From Holophagaceae bacterium (GTDB lineage Bacteria > Acidobacteriota > Holophagae > Holophagales > Holophagaceae), in contig JBFSVS010000001.1 of NCBI GenBank assembly GCA_041263285.1, positions 18,519-82,518 of the forward strand: a DNA stretch of 64,000 nucleotides, given 5' to 3'. A model generated the notes under the pieces. That model ran no database searches. It was not told the DNA's origin and worked only from the letters and a program-made list of their open reading frames with translations. Below, one piece after another: positions 11,582-22,463 of this stretch (position 1 is the first letter of the stretch; the number at the start of each line of letters is the position of its first letter). The position numbers and the translations under genes were made by a program.

Positions 11582-11860
11582 ATGAGCAAAAATAGCTTAG
11601 TCTCCCTTGCTGTCTGCCTCACGGCGACCCTTCTTTTGGGACAGGATCCCGTCACCAGTTCCTCTAACTATAAAGATCTTCCTCCGGTACCCCGAGGGAT
11701 CGTCGAACCGCCTCCTTTGCCAGCCATCAAAACTAGTCCAAAAGATTTGCGTCGTAAAACAAGAGTGATTAAAAGAAAGAAAACTACAGCTAAGAAAAAA
11801 GTTGCAGTTGCTCCCAAGAAAAAAGCTACCGTCTCTTCTAGGGCCAAGGTGGCGAGATAA
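11582..11860 (+). CDS. Hypothetical small secreted protein with Pro-rich segment and Lys-rich tail
   Basis: Signal-peptide-like 'LVSLAVCLTATLLLGQ', 'PPVPRGIVEPPPLPAIK', then 'KRKKTTAKKKVAVAPKKKA'. The low-complexity composition makes the coding call uncertain. Confidence 0.4.
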   Translation: MSKNSLVSLAVCLTATLLLGQDPVTSSSNYKDLPPVPRGIVEPPPLPAIKTSPKDLRRKTRVIKRKKTTAKKKVAVAPKKKATVSSRAKVAR

Positions 11861-11873
11861 CTCGCATAATATT

Positions 11874-12941
11874 ATGTCTTCTCTTCTAGGCTCAAACGTT
11901 TTTGTTGTCATCATGGCAGGTGGTCGCGGTACACGTTTTTGGCCCCGCTCTCGCCATGAAAACCCAAAGCAATTTATCAATATCGTAGGCTCCGAAAGTC
12001 TTCTCCGAACAACTGTGAACCGACTTAATGGACTAGTAGCGATAGATCATATTCTCGTTGTTACCACTGAAGATCTTGTATCCCAAACCCAAAAGAATCT
12101 CCCGGAACTTCCCAAAGGTAATATCTTAGTTGAGCCCGAAGGACGCAATACGGGCCCTTGCTTAGCCCTGGCTTTAACGATACTTGAATCTCGCACTCCG
12201 GATGGAACAATGGTAGTCCTGAGCGCGGATCATTGGATTGGTGATACCGCAGCTTTTCAAAAAGATATCCAAACAGCAGTTGTGCATGCCGAAACCCATC
12301 AAGACATGGTGGTCTTTGGTATTCATCCCACCCACCCTGAAACCGGGTATGGATATATTGAAGCCGAAAAAGTGACAGGGCTTTCCCGAGTAAAAAGATT
12401 CAAAGAAAAACCCCAGCTAGATCAAGCGATCGATTATCTCAAGGACCCTCATCAACTTTGGAATGCCGGAATGTTCGTCTGGACTTTCAAGACGCTTCGC
12501 GCAGCTTTTATTGAGCACGCTCCCCGTGGCCTAAGTTTGCTAGATGCATGGAAGAACAATGGAAGCGATATCGGTCGATTAAAAGCCTTGTATTCACAGA
12601 TAGAAGCCGAACCCATTGATATCCAAATTGTTGAAAAATCAAAGAATGTTTGTGTAGTGGTTGCTCAATTTCTATGGTCAGATGTGGGCTCGTGGCAAGC
12701 CGCTAGCTCATTTTTGAAAAAAGATAATGAAGGGAACGGATCTGAAGGTACAGTTCTATTTTTAAATAGCCGCGACACCGCTGTCTTTGGTTCAGATCGT
12801 TTGATTGCGGTTGCGGGTGTCCGAGATCTGATTGTTGTCGACAGCGGCAATGCCTTGCTCATTTGCCATAAAGATCAAGCGCAATCCGTCAAGCAAATTG
12901 TTGAAAAATTAAAACAACAAGGCCAAACTGATTTACTTTAA
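11874..12941 (+). CDS. Mannose-1-phosphate guanylyltransferase (nucleotidyltransferase domain only)
   Basis: 'VIMAGGRGTRFWPRSR' sugar-nucleotidyltransferase P-loop, 'GYGYIE', 'WNAGMFVW'. The ATG at 11874 is preferred over the longer ORF start at 11802. Confidence 0.85.
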   Translation: MSSLLGSNVFVVIMAGGRGTRFWPRSRHENPKQFINIVGSESLLRTTVNRLNGLVAIDHILVVTTEDLVSQTQKNLPELPKGNILVEPEGRNTGPCLALALTILESRTPDGTMVVLSADHWIGDTAAFQKDIQTAVVHAETHQDMVVFGIHPTHPETGYGYIEAEKVTGLSRVKRFKEKPQLDQAIDYLKDPHQLWNAGMFVWTFKTLRAAFIEHAPRGLSLLDAWKNNGSDIGRLKALYSQIEAEPIDIQIVEKSKNVCVVVAQFLWSDVGSWQAASSFLKKDNEGNGSEGTVLFLNSRDTAVFGSDRLIAVAGVRDLIVVDSGNALLICHKDQAQSVKQIVEKLKQQGQTDLL

Positions 12942-12949
12942 CTTCAGAA

Positions 12950-13327
12950 ATGAGAGGTTTTCTAATGGATCAACCTAAACCTTTGCATGTCGATAAGCCC
13001 TGGGGAAGCTTCGATCAATTTAGTTTGAATGAAAAAAGCACAGTCAAGATTCTTACTTGCAATCCAGGACATCAACTTAGTTTACAGAAGCACGAACACC
13101 GAGGTGAATTGTGGGTCGCTCTCGATCAAGGTGCCGTGATCGAAATTGACGGGCGACATCATCGACCTGGCATAGGGGAATCTCTTTGGCTTCCTATTGG
13201 CTCGACCCATCGTTTAAGCTGCCCCGAAGGCCATCCACATGCGGTTCGGATCCTTGAGATCAGTTTTGGTACGTTTGATGAGAGCGATATTAGGCGTCTA
13301 GAAGATAATTACGGAAGAACGCCTTAG
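12950..13327 (+). CDS. Cupin-domain protein, type II mannose-6-phosphate isomerase-like (normally the C-terminal domain of bifunctional ManC)
   Basis: 'KPWGSFDQF...ILTCNPGHQLSLQKHEHRGELWVAL' is the cupin motif seen at the C-terminus of ManC/XanB-type enzymes. Separate ORF 8 nt after the preceding stop. Confidence 0.75.
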   Translation: MRGFLMDQPKPLHVDKPWGSFDQFSLNEKSTVKILTCNPGHQLSLQKHEHRGELWVALDQGAVIEIDGRHHRPGIGESLWLPIGSTHRLSCPEGHPHAVRILEISFGTFDESDIRRLEDNYGRTP

Positions 13328-13359
13328 TCTATTAGGGTTGAGAGAAAAGGAATCTGCCT

Positions 13360-14337
13360 ATGAGTAAAAAGGGACCAATTGGAAAGTTCATCGAACATCA
13401 CTTCCGTCATTTTAATGCGGCAGCACTCATTGATGCCGCTCAGGGCTACAACGATTTCTTGAAGCGAGATGGGAAGATGATGGTGACTCTTGCCGGTGCC
13501 ATGAGTACTGCTGAACTTGGACTTTCTTTGGCAGAAATGATTCGCCAAGACAAGATCCATCTCATTGTCTGTACAGGGGCAAATCTTGAAGAAGATGTCT
13601 TTAATCTAGTTGCCCACGACTTTTATGAACGAGTTCCTCATTATCGTGATTTGACCCCAGCTGATGAAGAAAAACTTTACCGTCGGCATATGAATCGAGT
13701 CACAGATACCTGTATTCCTGAGGACGAAGCCATGCGACGGATAGAAAAAGTGATGCTTAAAGAGTGGACTACCGCCGATAAGGCCGGTGAAAGCTATTTC
13801 CCTCATGAATTCTTCATGAAAGTTCTCAAGAAGGGACTTCTAAAAAAGTATTATCAGATTAATCCTAAAAATTCGTGGATGCTTGCCGCCGCACAAAAAA
13901 ATGTTCCCATTGTAGTACCAGGTTGGGAAGACAGTACGCTTGGTAATATGTATGCTGCCGCGGTCTACCGAGGTGAAATCAAGAATGTCCATACTGTTAA
14001 AACTGGCATTCAATATATGACTTGGCTTGCGCAGTATTACCAAGAAGCCACACGACGTCATACCCTAGGTATGTTTCAGATTGGCGGAGGTATTGCAGGC
14101 GATTTTCCAATCTGCGTCGTTCCCATGCTGCACCAAGATTTAAAAATCAAAGCTAAGTTATGGGGCTACTTCTGTCAAATTAGTGATAGCACGACGAGCT
14201 TCGGATCCTACTCAGGAGCTGTACCCAATGAAAAAATAACTTGGGGTAAACTCGGAACCAAGACGCCCAAATACATTATCGAGAGTGATGCAACCATTGT
14301 TGCTCCTCTCATGTTTGCTCATATTTTAGGTTGGTAA
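13360..14337 (+). CDS. Deoxyhypusine synthase-like protein (bacterial DHS / homospermidine synthase-like family)
   Basis: 'LAGAMSTAELG', 'IVCTGANLEEDVF', 'GGGIAGDF', 'GSYSGAVPNEKITWGKL'. The layout and roughly 325-aa size fit bacterial DHS homologues. Confidence 0.8.
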   Translation: MSKKGPIGKFIEHHFRHFNAAALIDAAQGYNDFLKRDGKMMVTLAGAMSTAELGLSLAEMIRQDKIHLIVCTGANLEEDVFNLVAHDFYERVPHYRDLTPADEEKLYRRHMNRVTDTCIPEDEAMRRIEKVMLKEWTTADKAGESYFPHEFFMKVLKKGLLKKYYQINPKNSWMLAAAQKNVPIVVPGWEDSTLGNMYAAAVYRGEIKNVHTVKTGIQYMTWLAQYYQEATRRHTLGMFQIGGGIAGDFPICVVPMLHQDLKIKAKLWGYFCQISDSTTSFGSYSGAVPNEKITWGKLGTKTPKYIIESDATIVAPLMFAHILGW

Positions 14338-14342
14338 CTAAA

Positions 14343-14606
14343 TTATTTAAGTTTTTTGACTTTAATGCTTAAACGAGACTTTTTTCGGTTGGCAGCATTT
14401 TTGTGAATTAAGCCTGTTTTCTGAGCCCGATCTACTAAGCCAAAAATAGCCGGCAAAAGTTTAAGGGCTTCGGCGCGATTACCAGAGAGAATGAGGGTAT
14501 CGAAAGACTTTAATTGGGTTTTTAACGAAGATCGCGATCCACGATTACGAAGTCTGGCTTTAACGTCTCGACGAGCTTTTTTAGCAGCAGATTTGATATT
14601 GGCCAT
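14343..14606 (-). CDS. rpsT: 30S ribosomal protein S20
   Basis: 'MANIKSAAKKARRDVKARLRNR'. Start trimmed to the conserved MANIKS (ATG at 14606). Confidence 0.9.
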   Translation of the reverse strand: MANIKSAAKKARRDVKARLRNRGSRSSLKTQLKSFDTLILSGNRAEALKLLPAIFGLVDRAQKTGLIHKNAANRKKSRLSIKVKKLK

Positions 14607-14785
14607 GGGGACTCCAAGAGGCAAGGTTTTAACGTATTTAGACCGAAATTTAATCGTAACCTATGAATAGGCCTTGATAAATAGTATTTCGCATTAGCCA
14701 CCTCTCTAGGGACTTCAAGAAAGATTGGAAATAGGGCATTCTAAAGGGAGGCGATTGACCTCCACAGTCATCTCAAGGGGGCAGC

Positions 14786-16576
14786 GTGCAAGGTTTTAAG
14801 AAGGCATTTGCGGAGCAATTAAGGCTCGCTTTGCCGTCTCAAGAAGTTACTTTAGAGCGCCCCAAGGATTACCAAAAAGGTGATCTTGCATTTCCCTGCT
14901 TTAAAGCATCACAATCGCTAGGCATGAGCCCGCAATCCTTAGCCTCTTTACTAGCGTCAAAAATTAAAATTAAGGATGCCACTATTGAGGCCACTGGCCC
15001 CTACGTTAATCTTCGTTTGCTTGAATCTGTCCGCTCGAGAGAGACACTCGCAAGCACTCTAGGAAATTATCCACTTCCCCCCCAAGAAAAAAAGAATGCC
15101 ACGATCTTGGTGGAATACAGTTCACCCAATATCGCCAAGTTATTCACCATCGGTCATGTTCGAAGTACGATGTTAGGCCATGCTCTGGCCAATATTTATG
15201 CCCAGGAGGGTTACGAAGTCGTTCGACTCAATCATTTAGGCGATTGGGGCACGCAATTTGGTACTTTACTAGCGGCTTATGAATTATGGGCCAAAGATAG
15301 TAATCCTGAGTTAGAGAAGAACTTTCCATGGGCAGCAGAGTACTCATCCGAATCCACGACTCCCCTCCACCGACTCTTACAGCTTTATATTCGTTTTCAT
15401 GCCGAAGAAGAAAAAAACGTATCACTTCGTGAAGATGCTCGAGCCTGGTTTAAAAAACTAGAAAATCAAGATCCTGATGCTCGCCGCCTTTGGAAAAAAT
15501 TCAGAGATCTTTCCCTCATTGAGTTCAATCGAATCTATGAGCGACTCGGCGTTACGTTTGATTCCCTCGAATATGGCGAGGCTTTTTATGAAGATCAGAT
15601 CCCCGGAGTGTTGAACGCGTTAGATTCCAAGGGTCTGCTGAAGGAGGGCGAAAACGGCTCCAAGGTTGTGGATTTGTCCGAGGAGGGCTTTGACATTCCC
15701 TGCCTAATTCAAAAAGGAGATGGGACCAGTATTTATGCCTCGCGAGATCTTGCTGCCGCACTCTTTAGAAAAAGTAAATGGAACTATGAGCGCTGTTTAT
15801 ATGTTGCTGGCTCGGAGCAAAATTTTCACTTCCAACAAGTCTTTGCAATTTTGAGTAAGATTGATCCTTGGTTTAAAAATAAGCAAACTCATGTTCCCTT
15901 TGGTCTTATTAAATTACCCGAAGGGAAGATGAGTACTCGAAAAGGAAATGTGATCTTCCTTGAAGATGTTCTTAACGAAGCCCGAGATCGTATTCAAAAA
16001 ATTATTAGTGCTAAAAATCCTGAACTTAGTAATCAAGCAGCAACGTCTGAAATGCTTGGAACGGGCGCAGTTATTTTTATTAATGCGTTTAATGATCGCA
16101 ATACTTCGATTACTTTCGATTGGAATAAAGTCCTAGCCTTTGAAGGAGATACGGGTCCCTATGTTCAGTATGCCCATGCTCGAATTTGTTCCATCTTTCG
16201 ACGGGCCGGAGGGTCTTGGTCTCAATGGGCAGAACCCCGTTCCGAGGACTTTGGCCGACTACACTTTGAATCCATTGAACTACCCAAGTCGCTCCAGGGA
16301 CTAGACCATGCTTCTGCTCAGCATTTGATTTTCGAATTAAATGGATTAGAGCCCGCGCTCAAAGCTTCTGCAATTAGTCTTTCTCCTACGTCCCTTGCGA
16401 GACAACTGTTAACGATTTCTAAAGCCTTTAGTGTTTTTTATAATGATTCACCGATTCTTAATGTCGAGCAATCCGAGGCGATCAGGCAGTCTCGTCTCTT
16501 GCTATGTTTAGCAACAGCTCGTGTAATCAATCAAGGCTTACGATGGTTGGGTATTTTCGCCCCAACTGAAATGTAG
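14786..16576 (+). CDS. argS: Arginine--tRNA ligase
   Basis: 'VEYSSPNIAKLFTIGHVRST' (HIGH region), 'GKMSTRKG' (KMSKS-like), C-terminal anticodon-binding domain ending in M. GTG start. Confidence 0.95.
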   Translation: MQGFKKAFAEQLRLALPSQEVTLERPKDYQKGDLAFPCFKASQSLGMSPQSLASLLASKIKIKDATIEATGPYVNLRLLESVRSRETLASTLGNYPLPPQEKKNATILVEYSSPNIAKLFTIGHVRSTMLGHALANIYAQEGYEVVRLNHLGDWGTQFGTLLAAYELWAKDSNPELEKNFPWAAEYSSESTTPLHRLLQLYIRFHAEEEKNVSLREDARAWFKKLENQDPDARRLWKKFRDLSLIEFNRIYERLGVTFDSLEYGEAFYEDQIPGVLNALDSKGLLKEGENGSKVVDLSEEGFDIPCLIQKGDGTSIYASRDLAAALFRKSKWNYERCLYVAGSEQNFHFQQVFAILSKIDPWFKNKQTHVPFGLIKLPEGKMSTRKGNVIFLEDVLNEARDRIQKIISAKNPELSNQAATSEMLGTGAVIFINAFNDRNTSITFDWNKVLAFEGDTGPYVQYAHARICSIFRRAGGSWSQWAEPRSEDFGRLHFESIELPKSLQGLDHASAQHLIFELNGLEPALKASAISLSPTSLARQLLTISKAFSVFYNDSPILNVEQSEAIRQSRLLLCLATARVINQGLRWLGIFAPTEM

Positions 16577-16586
16577 AGGAGTTAGT

Positions 16587-18197
16587 ATGGCGAAGTATAT
16601 TTTTGTGACCGGGGGCGTACTGAGCAGCTTAGGTAAGGGAATTGCCTCGGCTAGTATCGGAGCGCTCTTAGAAGCAAAAGGGCTAAAAGTTACGCTCATG
16701 AAGATGGATCCGTATCTGAATATTGATCCTGGTACCATGTCTCCCTTTCAACATGGAGAGGTATTTGTCACCGACGATGGTGCAGAAACGGATCTCGACC
16801 TAGGCCACTACGAGCGATTTACCTCAAGTCAAACCTCGAAGAATCATACCTGGACAGCAGGACGTGTCTATAACAACGTCTTAAGTAAAGAGCGGAAAGG
16901 TGACTATCTAGGAAAAACAGTTCAAGTAATCCCCCACGTTACTAATGAAATTAAAACTGCAATGCATTCCGTAGCGAAAGGTGTCGACATTGTCATTGTA
17001 GAAATCGGCGGCACAGTTGGTGATATTGAAAGTCAACCTTTTCTCGAAGCTGTTCGGCAATTTCGTGTAGACATTGGTTCTGATGAAAAAGGAAAACCGA
17101 ATGCTCTCAACATTCATCTGACCTACGTCCCCTATATTAAAACGGCAGGTGAACTTAAATCAAAACCTACACAGCATAGTGTTCGAGAACTTCGCACGCT
17201 TGGTCTACATCCGGATATTCTCCTTTGTCGAGGCGACATGGCGCTTCCTGAGGATCTTCGTGAAAAGATCGCGTTATTCTGCTCGGTTACCAAGGATGCT
17301 GTCTTTAGCGCGCAGGATGTCTCGTCAATTTATGAAGTACCCATTAATTTTCATCAACAAAATATTCATCAAAAAATTACTGAACTACTTGGACTTCCTA
17401 GTCGTGAGCCCGATTTAGTTCCCTGGGAAGACCTTATTCATCGCATTCATAATCCCAATACAACAGTCATGATTACTATTGTTGGTAAGTATGTAGAGTT
17501 CAAGGAAAGCTACAAGAGCCTGACTGAAAGTCTTTATCATGCAGGGTATGCTCATGGAGCCGATATCCAATTGCGATGGGTTGAAGCGGAGCAACTTGAA
17601 AAAGATGGGTTCGAAGAATTACTCCTAGGCTCTGATGGCATTTTGGTTCCTGGAGGGTTTGGAGTCCGAGGTACAAAAGGAATGATTCGCGCTATACAAT
17701 ATGCCCGAGAACAGAAAACCCCCTTTTTCGGAATTTGTCTAGGGCTCCAAATGGCTTGTATCGAATTTGCCCAGAATGTTGCAGGTCTTCCTCGAGCGGA
17801 TAGCACTGAATTTAACGAGAACGCAGAGGATAAAGTTATCTTTAAGCTTCGTGACCTCGTGGGAGTAGAGCAACTTGGTGGAACAATGCGCCTTGGTGCT
17901 TATCCCTGCGCTTTAACCCGTGGCAGCAAGGCGCATCAAGCATACGGATCCCTAGAAATTAGTGAACGCCATCGCCACCGCTATGAATTCAATCACGCCT
18001 ATCGTCCTCAACTAGAAAAAGCGGGCTTAAGTTTTTCGGGCGTTAGCCCAGACGGAGTCTTTATTGAGATGATTGAGTTGAAGGACCACCCACACTTTCT
18101 TGCATGTCAGTTTCATCCTGAGTTCAAATCTAAACCTCTCCATCCCCACCCACTGTTTTCATCATTCATCAAGGCCAGCCTCTCTTTAGGACATTAA
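16587..18197 (+). CDS. pyrG: CTP synthase
   Basis: '[16 protein letters not shown]', 'GICLGLQ', 'HRHRYE'. Confidence 0.97.
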   Translation: MAKYIFVTGGVLSSLGKGIASASIGALLEAKGLKVTLMKMDPYLNIDPGTMSPFQHGEVFVTDDGAETDLDLGHYERFTSSQTSKNHTWTAGRVYNNVLSKERKGDYLGKTVQVIPHVTNEIKTAMHSVAKGVDIVIVEIGGTVGDIESQPFLEAVRQFRVDIGSDEKGKPNALNIHLTYVPYIKTAGELKSKPTQHSVRELRTLGLHPDILLCRGDMALPEDLREKIALFCSVTKDAVFSAQDVSSIYEVPINFHQQNIHQKITELLGLPSREPDLVPWEDLIHRIHNPNTTVMITIVGKYVEFKESYKSLTESLYHAGYAHGADIQLRWVEAEQLEKDGFEELLLGSDGILVPGGFGVRGTKGMIRAIQYAREQKTPFFGICLGLQMACIEFAQNVAGLPRADSTEFNENAEDKVIFKLRDLVGVEQLGGTMRLGAYPCALTRGSKAHQAYGSLEISERHRHRYEFNHAYRPQLEKAGLSFSGVSPDGVFIEMIELKDHPHFLACQFHPEFKSKPLHPHPLFSSFIKASLSLGH

Positions 18198-18202
18198 ATT
18201 CC

Positions 18203-20179
18203 ATGATCGAAAAAAGAAGTATTGATGCTATTCGCATCTTATCTATGGATGCAGTTCAGCGAGCTAACTCGGGTCATCCTGGAACGCCAATGGCTTTGGC
18301 TCCCGCAGGTTATGTTTTATGGCACCGTTTCTTGAAGCACAGCCCCAAAAATCCTGCATGGATAAATCGGGATCGATTTGTTCTGAGTTGTGGCCATGCC
18401 TCTATGCTTCTTTACGCGCTACTTTTTCTTTCCGGCTATGATCTCACCATAGAAGATCTCAAAAATTTTCGTCAATTAGGATCTAAAACTCCAGGTCACC
18501 CTGAGGTAGGACATACTCCTGGGGTTGAAACCACTACGGGTCCGTTGGGACAAGGTCTTGGAAATGCAGTAGGAATGGCTATGGCCGAGCGCTTTCTAGC
18601 TGAAAAATTTAATCGGCCTGAATTTAACCTTATCGATCACTACACGTATGCTTTTTGTAGTGATGGGGATTTGATGGAAGGAGTCGGCCAAGAGTCTGCG
18701 AGTTTGGCCGGTCATTTAGGCCTCAAAAAACTCATTGTATTGTGGGACAACAACAAGATAACGATTGAAGGGAGTACCGACCTGACCTTTAAAGAAAATG
18801 TTTCCCAGCGTTTTCAAGCTTATGGTTGGCATATTATTAATGTTGAAAACGGGGAAGATCTTACTCTTTTACATTCAGCTTTTCATGAAGCTCATCAGCA
18901 AACGCAGCCGGTTCTTATAAATTGTAAAACCCAAATTGGATTTCCTTCTCCCAATAAGACAGGAACATCAAAAGCGCATGGAGAGCCCTTAGGCTCAACC
19001 GAAATCAAGCTGACAAAGGACATTCTTCAGTGGGATGAACCTGAATTCGCGATCCCACTATCCATCCTTGAGCATTGGGGAGAAGTGGTCGATAAAGGAA
19101 GAAATAGCGAGCAGGAGTGGCAAGGTCTCCATTCACGTTACGAAGTCCAATATCCCGATCTAGCCCAAGAACTAAAAACCTTCCTTAAGCATGAAATTAC
19201 TATCGATCCAAATAGTTTATTAGCTCTTTTTGCTCAGGATGAGTCTATTGCGACTCGCGAATCAAGCGGACGAGTTCTAAATGCAGTAGCTCCAACATTG
19301 AGAAATCTTTTGGGAGGAAGCGCGGATTTAGCTCCTAGTAATAATTCTCACCTGAAGGCTGAGAAAGATTTTACTAGAGATTATGCGGGGCGCAATATTC
19401 ATTTTGGCGTTCGTGAACACGCCATGGGTGCCATTTTAAACGGTCTCGTACTCCATGGTGGTGTACGCGCCTACGGAGCAACTTTCCTTCAGTTTGCGGA
19501 TTATATGAGACCCAGTATTCGGCTTGCAGCCTTGATGAAACTCCCTGTGACATATATATTCACGCATGACTCTATTGGGCTTGGAGAAGACGGCCCTACG
19601 CATCAGCCGATCGAACATTTAATGAGTCTTCGAATCATACCTAATATGCGCGTTCTTCGACCAGCCGATAGTTATGAAACCGTTTATGCTTGGCAATATG
19701 CTCTAACTAATCAAGCAGGCCCTACGGCAATTATTCTGACTCGACAAAAAACAAAAAACTTAACCTATGGTCGTGCGCATGAACTCAGTAAAGGTGGCTA
19801 CACCATCAATCCCGATGTTGTAAATCCCGATATTATTCTCGTGGCTAGCGGGTCTGAGGTAATGATTGTAGAAGAAGCGTCCCATCAACTCATAGCCTTG
19901 GGTATGAAGGTACGGCTTGTTTCAGTCCCAAGTCTTGAACTCTTTTTATCTCAACCTGTTTCTTATCGCGAGAGCGTATTGCCACCCATGATTTCGAAGC
20001 GCATTGTTATCGAGGCGGGTATAACATGGGGCTGGGAGACCATCGCCGGTCCCCAAGGACATATTTTAGGGATCAATACTTTTGGAGCCAGTGCGCCCGC
20101 ATCCGCATTATTTAAAAACTACGGTCTTACTTCGGAGCACGTCGTTCAACTTGCAAAAACTATTATGAAGATTTCTTAG
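18203..20179 (+). CDS. tkt: Transketolase
   Basis: '[14 protein letters not shown]', 'GDGDLMEG'-type TPP motif ('SDGDLMEGV'), '[16 protein letters not shown]'. Confidence 0.95.
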   Translation: MIEKRSIDAIRILSMDAVQRANSGHPGTPMALAPAGYVLWHRFLKHSPKNPAWINRDRFVLSCGHASMLLYALLFLSGYDLTIEDLKNFRQLGSKTPGHPEVGHTPGVETTTGPLGQGLGNAVGMAMAERFLAEKFNRPEFNLIDHYTYAFCSDGDLMEGVGQESASLAGHLGLKKLIVLWDNNKITIEGSTDLTFKENVSQRFQAYGWHIINVENGEDLTLLHSAFHEAHQQTQPVLINCKTQIGFPSPNKTGTSKAHGEPLGSTEIKLTKDILQWDEPEFAIPLSILEHWGEVVDKGRNSEQEWQGLHSRYEVQYPDLAQELKTFLKHEITIDPNSLLALFAQDESIATRESSGRVLNAVAPTLRNLLGGSADLAPSNNSHLKAEKDFTRDYAGRNIHFGVREHAMGAILNGLVLHGGVRAYGATFLQFADYMRPSIRLAALMKLPVTYIFTHDSIGLGEDGPTHQPIEHLMSLRIIPNMRVLRPADSYETVYAWQYALTNQAGPTAIILTRQKTKNLTYGRAHELSKGGYTINPDVVNPDIILVASGSEVMIVEEASHQLIALGMKVRLVSVPSLELFLSQPVSYRESVLPPMISKRIVIEAGITWGWETIAGPQGHILGINTFGASAPASALFKNYGLTSEHVVQLAKTIMKIS

Positions 20180-20672
20180 CATTCAAGGCTTTTTCAAAAA
20201 GTTTAATCAAATCGGCTAATTGTCGCTGTGTCAGTTTAATATTATTCAATTCAATAAACGAGCTCGTACCCTTTGGTGAATAAACTATACGAATACCATT
20301 TTCGCTTGTGAAAGTGTAGGTTTCTTCGGACGACATTGGATTAGTTAGTTTGGTCGATAGAAAACTAAGTTTTTTTAGATATTCATTCGCTTCGTCGATA
20401 GAGAAAAGATATTGATCATCTTCGTCTAGAATCAGGGCAATACCTTGAATCATCGTACTCTCTTCGGTCACACGAACAGTTGCAACCGTTATTAATTTGG
20501 AACCCACAATCGACCCAACGGCTTGTACTCGCTTCAATAGCCATACATCTTTTTTGTCCCATAACTCCCGAATTGTAGGAGATATGGTTGAAGGCAAATT
20601 AGCCTGAGGATCTTGGGCCCAAAGTAGGGATGAGATCACATAGGGAAGCATGAGCACTTTGGGTTGTCTCAA
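20163..20672 (-). CDS. Hypothetical secreted protein, downstream of citrate synthase
   Basis: Signal-peptide-like N-terminus '[14 protein letters not shown]'. Starts 5 nt after the citrate synthase stop. Its 3' end overlaps the tkt 3' end by 17 nt. No family recognised. Confidence 0.45.
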   Translation of the reverse strand: MRQPKVLMLPYVISSLLWAQDPQANLPSTISPTIRELWDKKDVWLLKRVQAVGSIVGSKLITVATVRVTEESTMIQGIALILDEDDQYLFSIDEANEYLKKLSFLSTKLTNPMSSEETYTFTSENGIRIVYSPKGTSSFIELNNIKLTQRQLADLIKLFEKALNAKKSS

Positions 20673-20677
20673 TTCGG

Positions 20678-21808
20678 TTAGCGTTGTGCGATTGGAAGAT
20701 AAGGGAGAGATTCAGGGCCAGTATATTCAGCGGCGGGTCGAATGATTCGATTTCGAGCATGTTGCTCAAGTACATGAGTGCTCCAGCCTGCAATACGACT
20801 GACGGCAAAAATCGGAGTGAAAAGCTCAAAAGGAATTCCCATTTGGTAGTACATCGATGCACTATAAAAATCAACATTCGGATAGATTGGTTTTTCTGAT
20901 TTAAGCATGTAGGACTCAATTAGGCGGCTCATATCAAACCAACTGCGATTATTGGTCGCAACGCCGATTTGTTCACTCATACCTTCGAGAACTTCAGCTC
21001 GAGGATCTTTCGTCTTATAAACACGATGTCCAAACCCCATTATTTTTCTTTTTTCACTCCGTGCCTTGGCTAGCCAAGGTTCAACATTAGCCATATTGCC
21101 AATTTCGATCAGCATCTTCATCACGGCTTCATTAGCTCCGCCATGCAAAGGTCCCTTAAGAGCTCCAATTGCGCCTGTTACCGCCGAATACATATCCGAC
21201 ATTGTCGATGCAATCTCACGCGCAGAAAAAGTTGAAGCATTAAACTCATGGTCAGCGTGGAGAACCAATCCCATATCCATGGCTTTGACAAAAAGATCAG
21301 GTTGTCGCTCACCAAACATCATATATAAAAAATTATCAGCGTGATCCAGATCTTCTCTGGGATCAATGGAGGGCAAACCTTTTGAAAATCGGTAAATTGC
21401 AGCCACGAATGTTGGAAATTTGGCAACGAGTCTGAGGGCATTCAGATGTTCTTCGGCTTCACTAACGGAACTTCCTGTTTTATTGTAAATGCCATTGATA
21501 CTTACGGCGGTCCGTAAATGATCCATCGGGTGACCTTGCTGAGGGAGATCGCGAAGATGTTTTAAAATATCTGGATTTACTTTTCGATGTGATTTGAGTT
21601 CTTTCTTAAACGCAGTTAATTCTGTAATTGTTGGTAATTTACCCCGCCAAAGAAGAAAAATCGTTTCCTCAAAGGAGCCCTGAACAAGATCCTTAATGTC
21701 GTAACCTCTGTAAACTAAACGACCGAGTTTTCCATCAATGAAGCAAATACTCGAGGTACCCGCAATGATATCTTCAAGCCCCTCTTTAAATTTCTCTTGT
21801 GCCGACAT
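20678..21808 (-). CDS. gltA: Citrate synthase (short, about 375-aa type)
   Basis: 'GPLHGGAN', 'GFGHRVYKTKDPRA', 'NVDFYS'. Confidence 0.95.
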   Translation of the reverse strand: MSAQEKFKEGLEDIIAGTSSICFIDGKLGRLVYRGYDIKDLVQGSFEETIFLLWRGKLPTITELTAFKKELKSHRKVNPDILKHLRDLPQQGHPMDHLRTAVSINGIYNKTGSSVSEAEEHLNALRLVAKFPTFVAAIYRFSKGLPSIDPREDLDHADNFLYMMFGERQPDLFVKAMDMGLVLHADHEFNASTFSAREIASTMSDMYSAVTGAIGALKGPLHGGANEAVMKMLIEIGNMANVEPWLAKARSEKRKIMGFGHRVYKTKDPRAEVLEGMSEQIGVATNNRSWFDMSRLIESYMLKSEKPIYPNVDFYSASMYYQMGIPFELFTPIFAVSRIAGWSTHVLEQHARNRIIRPAAEYTGPESLPYLPIAQR

Positions 21809-21911
21809 AACGCTCCTATTTCCCTTCGATGTCTAACTAATTTATTTTAGACTAGGGTTGCTTCTTGTTCCATACAAGATAAGGTTAATCTGAGGTTAGG
21901 AGGTATGTAGG

Positions 21912-22406
21912 ATGGCTATAATTTTTCAGGCTTGGCACTTGTCCTTCCTCTTTCAAATTCAAGGACCCACGGCACAGCCCATGGACCGTGGGGTCTTATT
22001 CTTGGTTATAGCCTTTTTGTTCTCAGCCATCTTAGCTCATCGTTTTTGGCGAGAAAACCGGCGATTGGAGGGCGCAATGGTCGCTCAGATTCGGGATCAA
22101 AATTTTTACTTTGGCTCTTATCGAAAAGCATGGTCAAAATTAAATACCTCGGCCTGCTTACTTGATCGAACATCCGGTGTGGTCATAAAAGCTACTCCTA
22201 CATGGATTCAGGAAGGACTTCCTCTCGAAGGACAGCGTTTATCGACTTTAGATCTTACTTTTGAAACCCATCTTAAGGCACTGAAACCCCTAGAAGATGG
22301 ACGTGTACCTACTTCCCTAGATATCACCATTAAGGGTAAGCCCTATAAAATGGAGGCCTTGGAAGAAGAAGCCTTAGGAATCATCTTGGTTCAACCAAAA
22401 CATTAG
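21912..22406 (+). CDS. Hypothetical membrane-anchored protein
   Basis: AGGAGG lies 9 nt upstream of the ATG. One hydrophobic segment ('GVLFLVIAFLFSAILA') is followed by a roughly 110-aa soluble domain. No family recognised. Alternative start at 21981. Confidence 0.4.
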   Translation: MAIIFQAWHLSFLFQIQGPTAQPMDRGVLFLVIAFLFSAILAHRFWRENRRLEGAMVAQIRDQNFYFGSYRKAWSKLNTSACLLDRTSGVVIKATPTWIQEGLPLEGQRLSTLDLTFETHLKALKPLEDGRVPTSLDITIKGKPYKMEALEEEALGIILVQPKH

Positions 22407-22463
22407 GTTTCGGACCTCAAGACGATTAAATTAAATAGAAGTACTCTATTTGCCTGAGGCTCT

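Noticed and set aside
20163-20179. Convergent 3'-end overlaps (tkt/hypothetical 17 nt, moaA/ORF-152 4 nt at 9134-9137, anti-sigma/WYL protein 4 nt at 37577-37580, MFS/tpx 15 nt at 60333-60347)
   Set aside because: They are consistent with a compact genome. There is no evidence of regulatory antisense function from sequence alone, so they are not reported as a finding.
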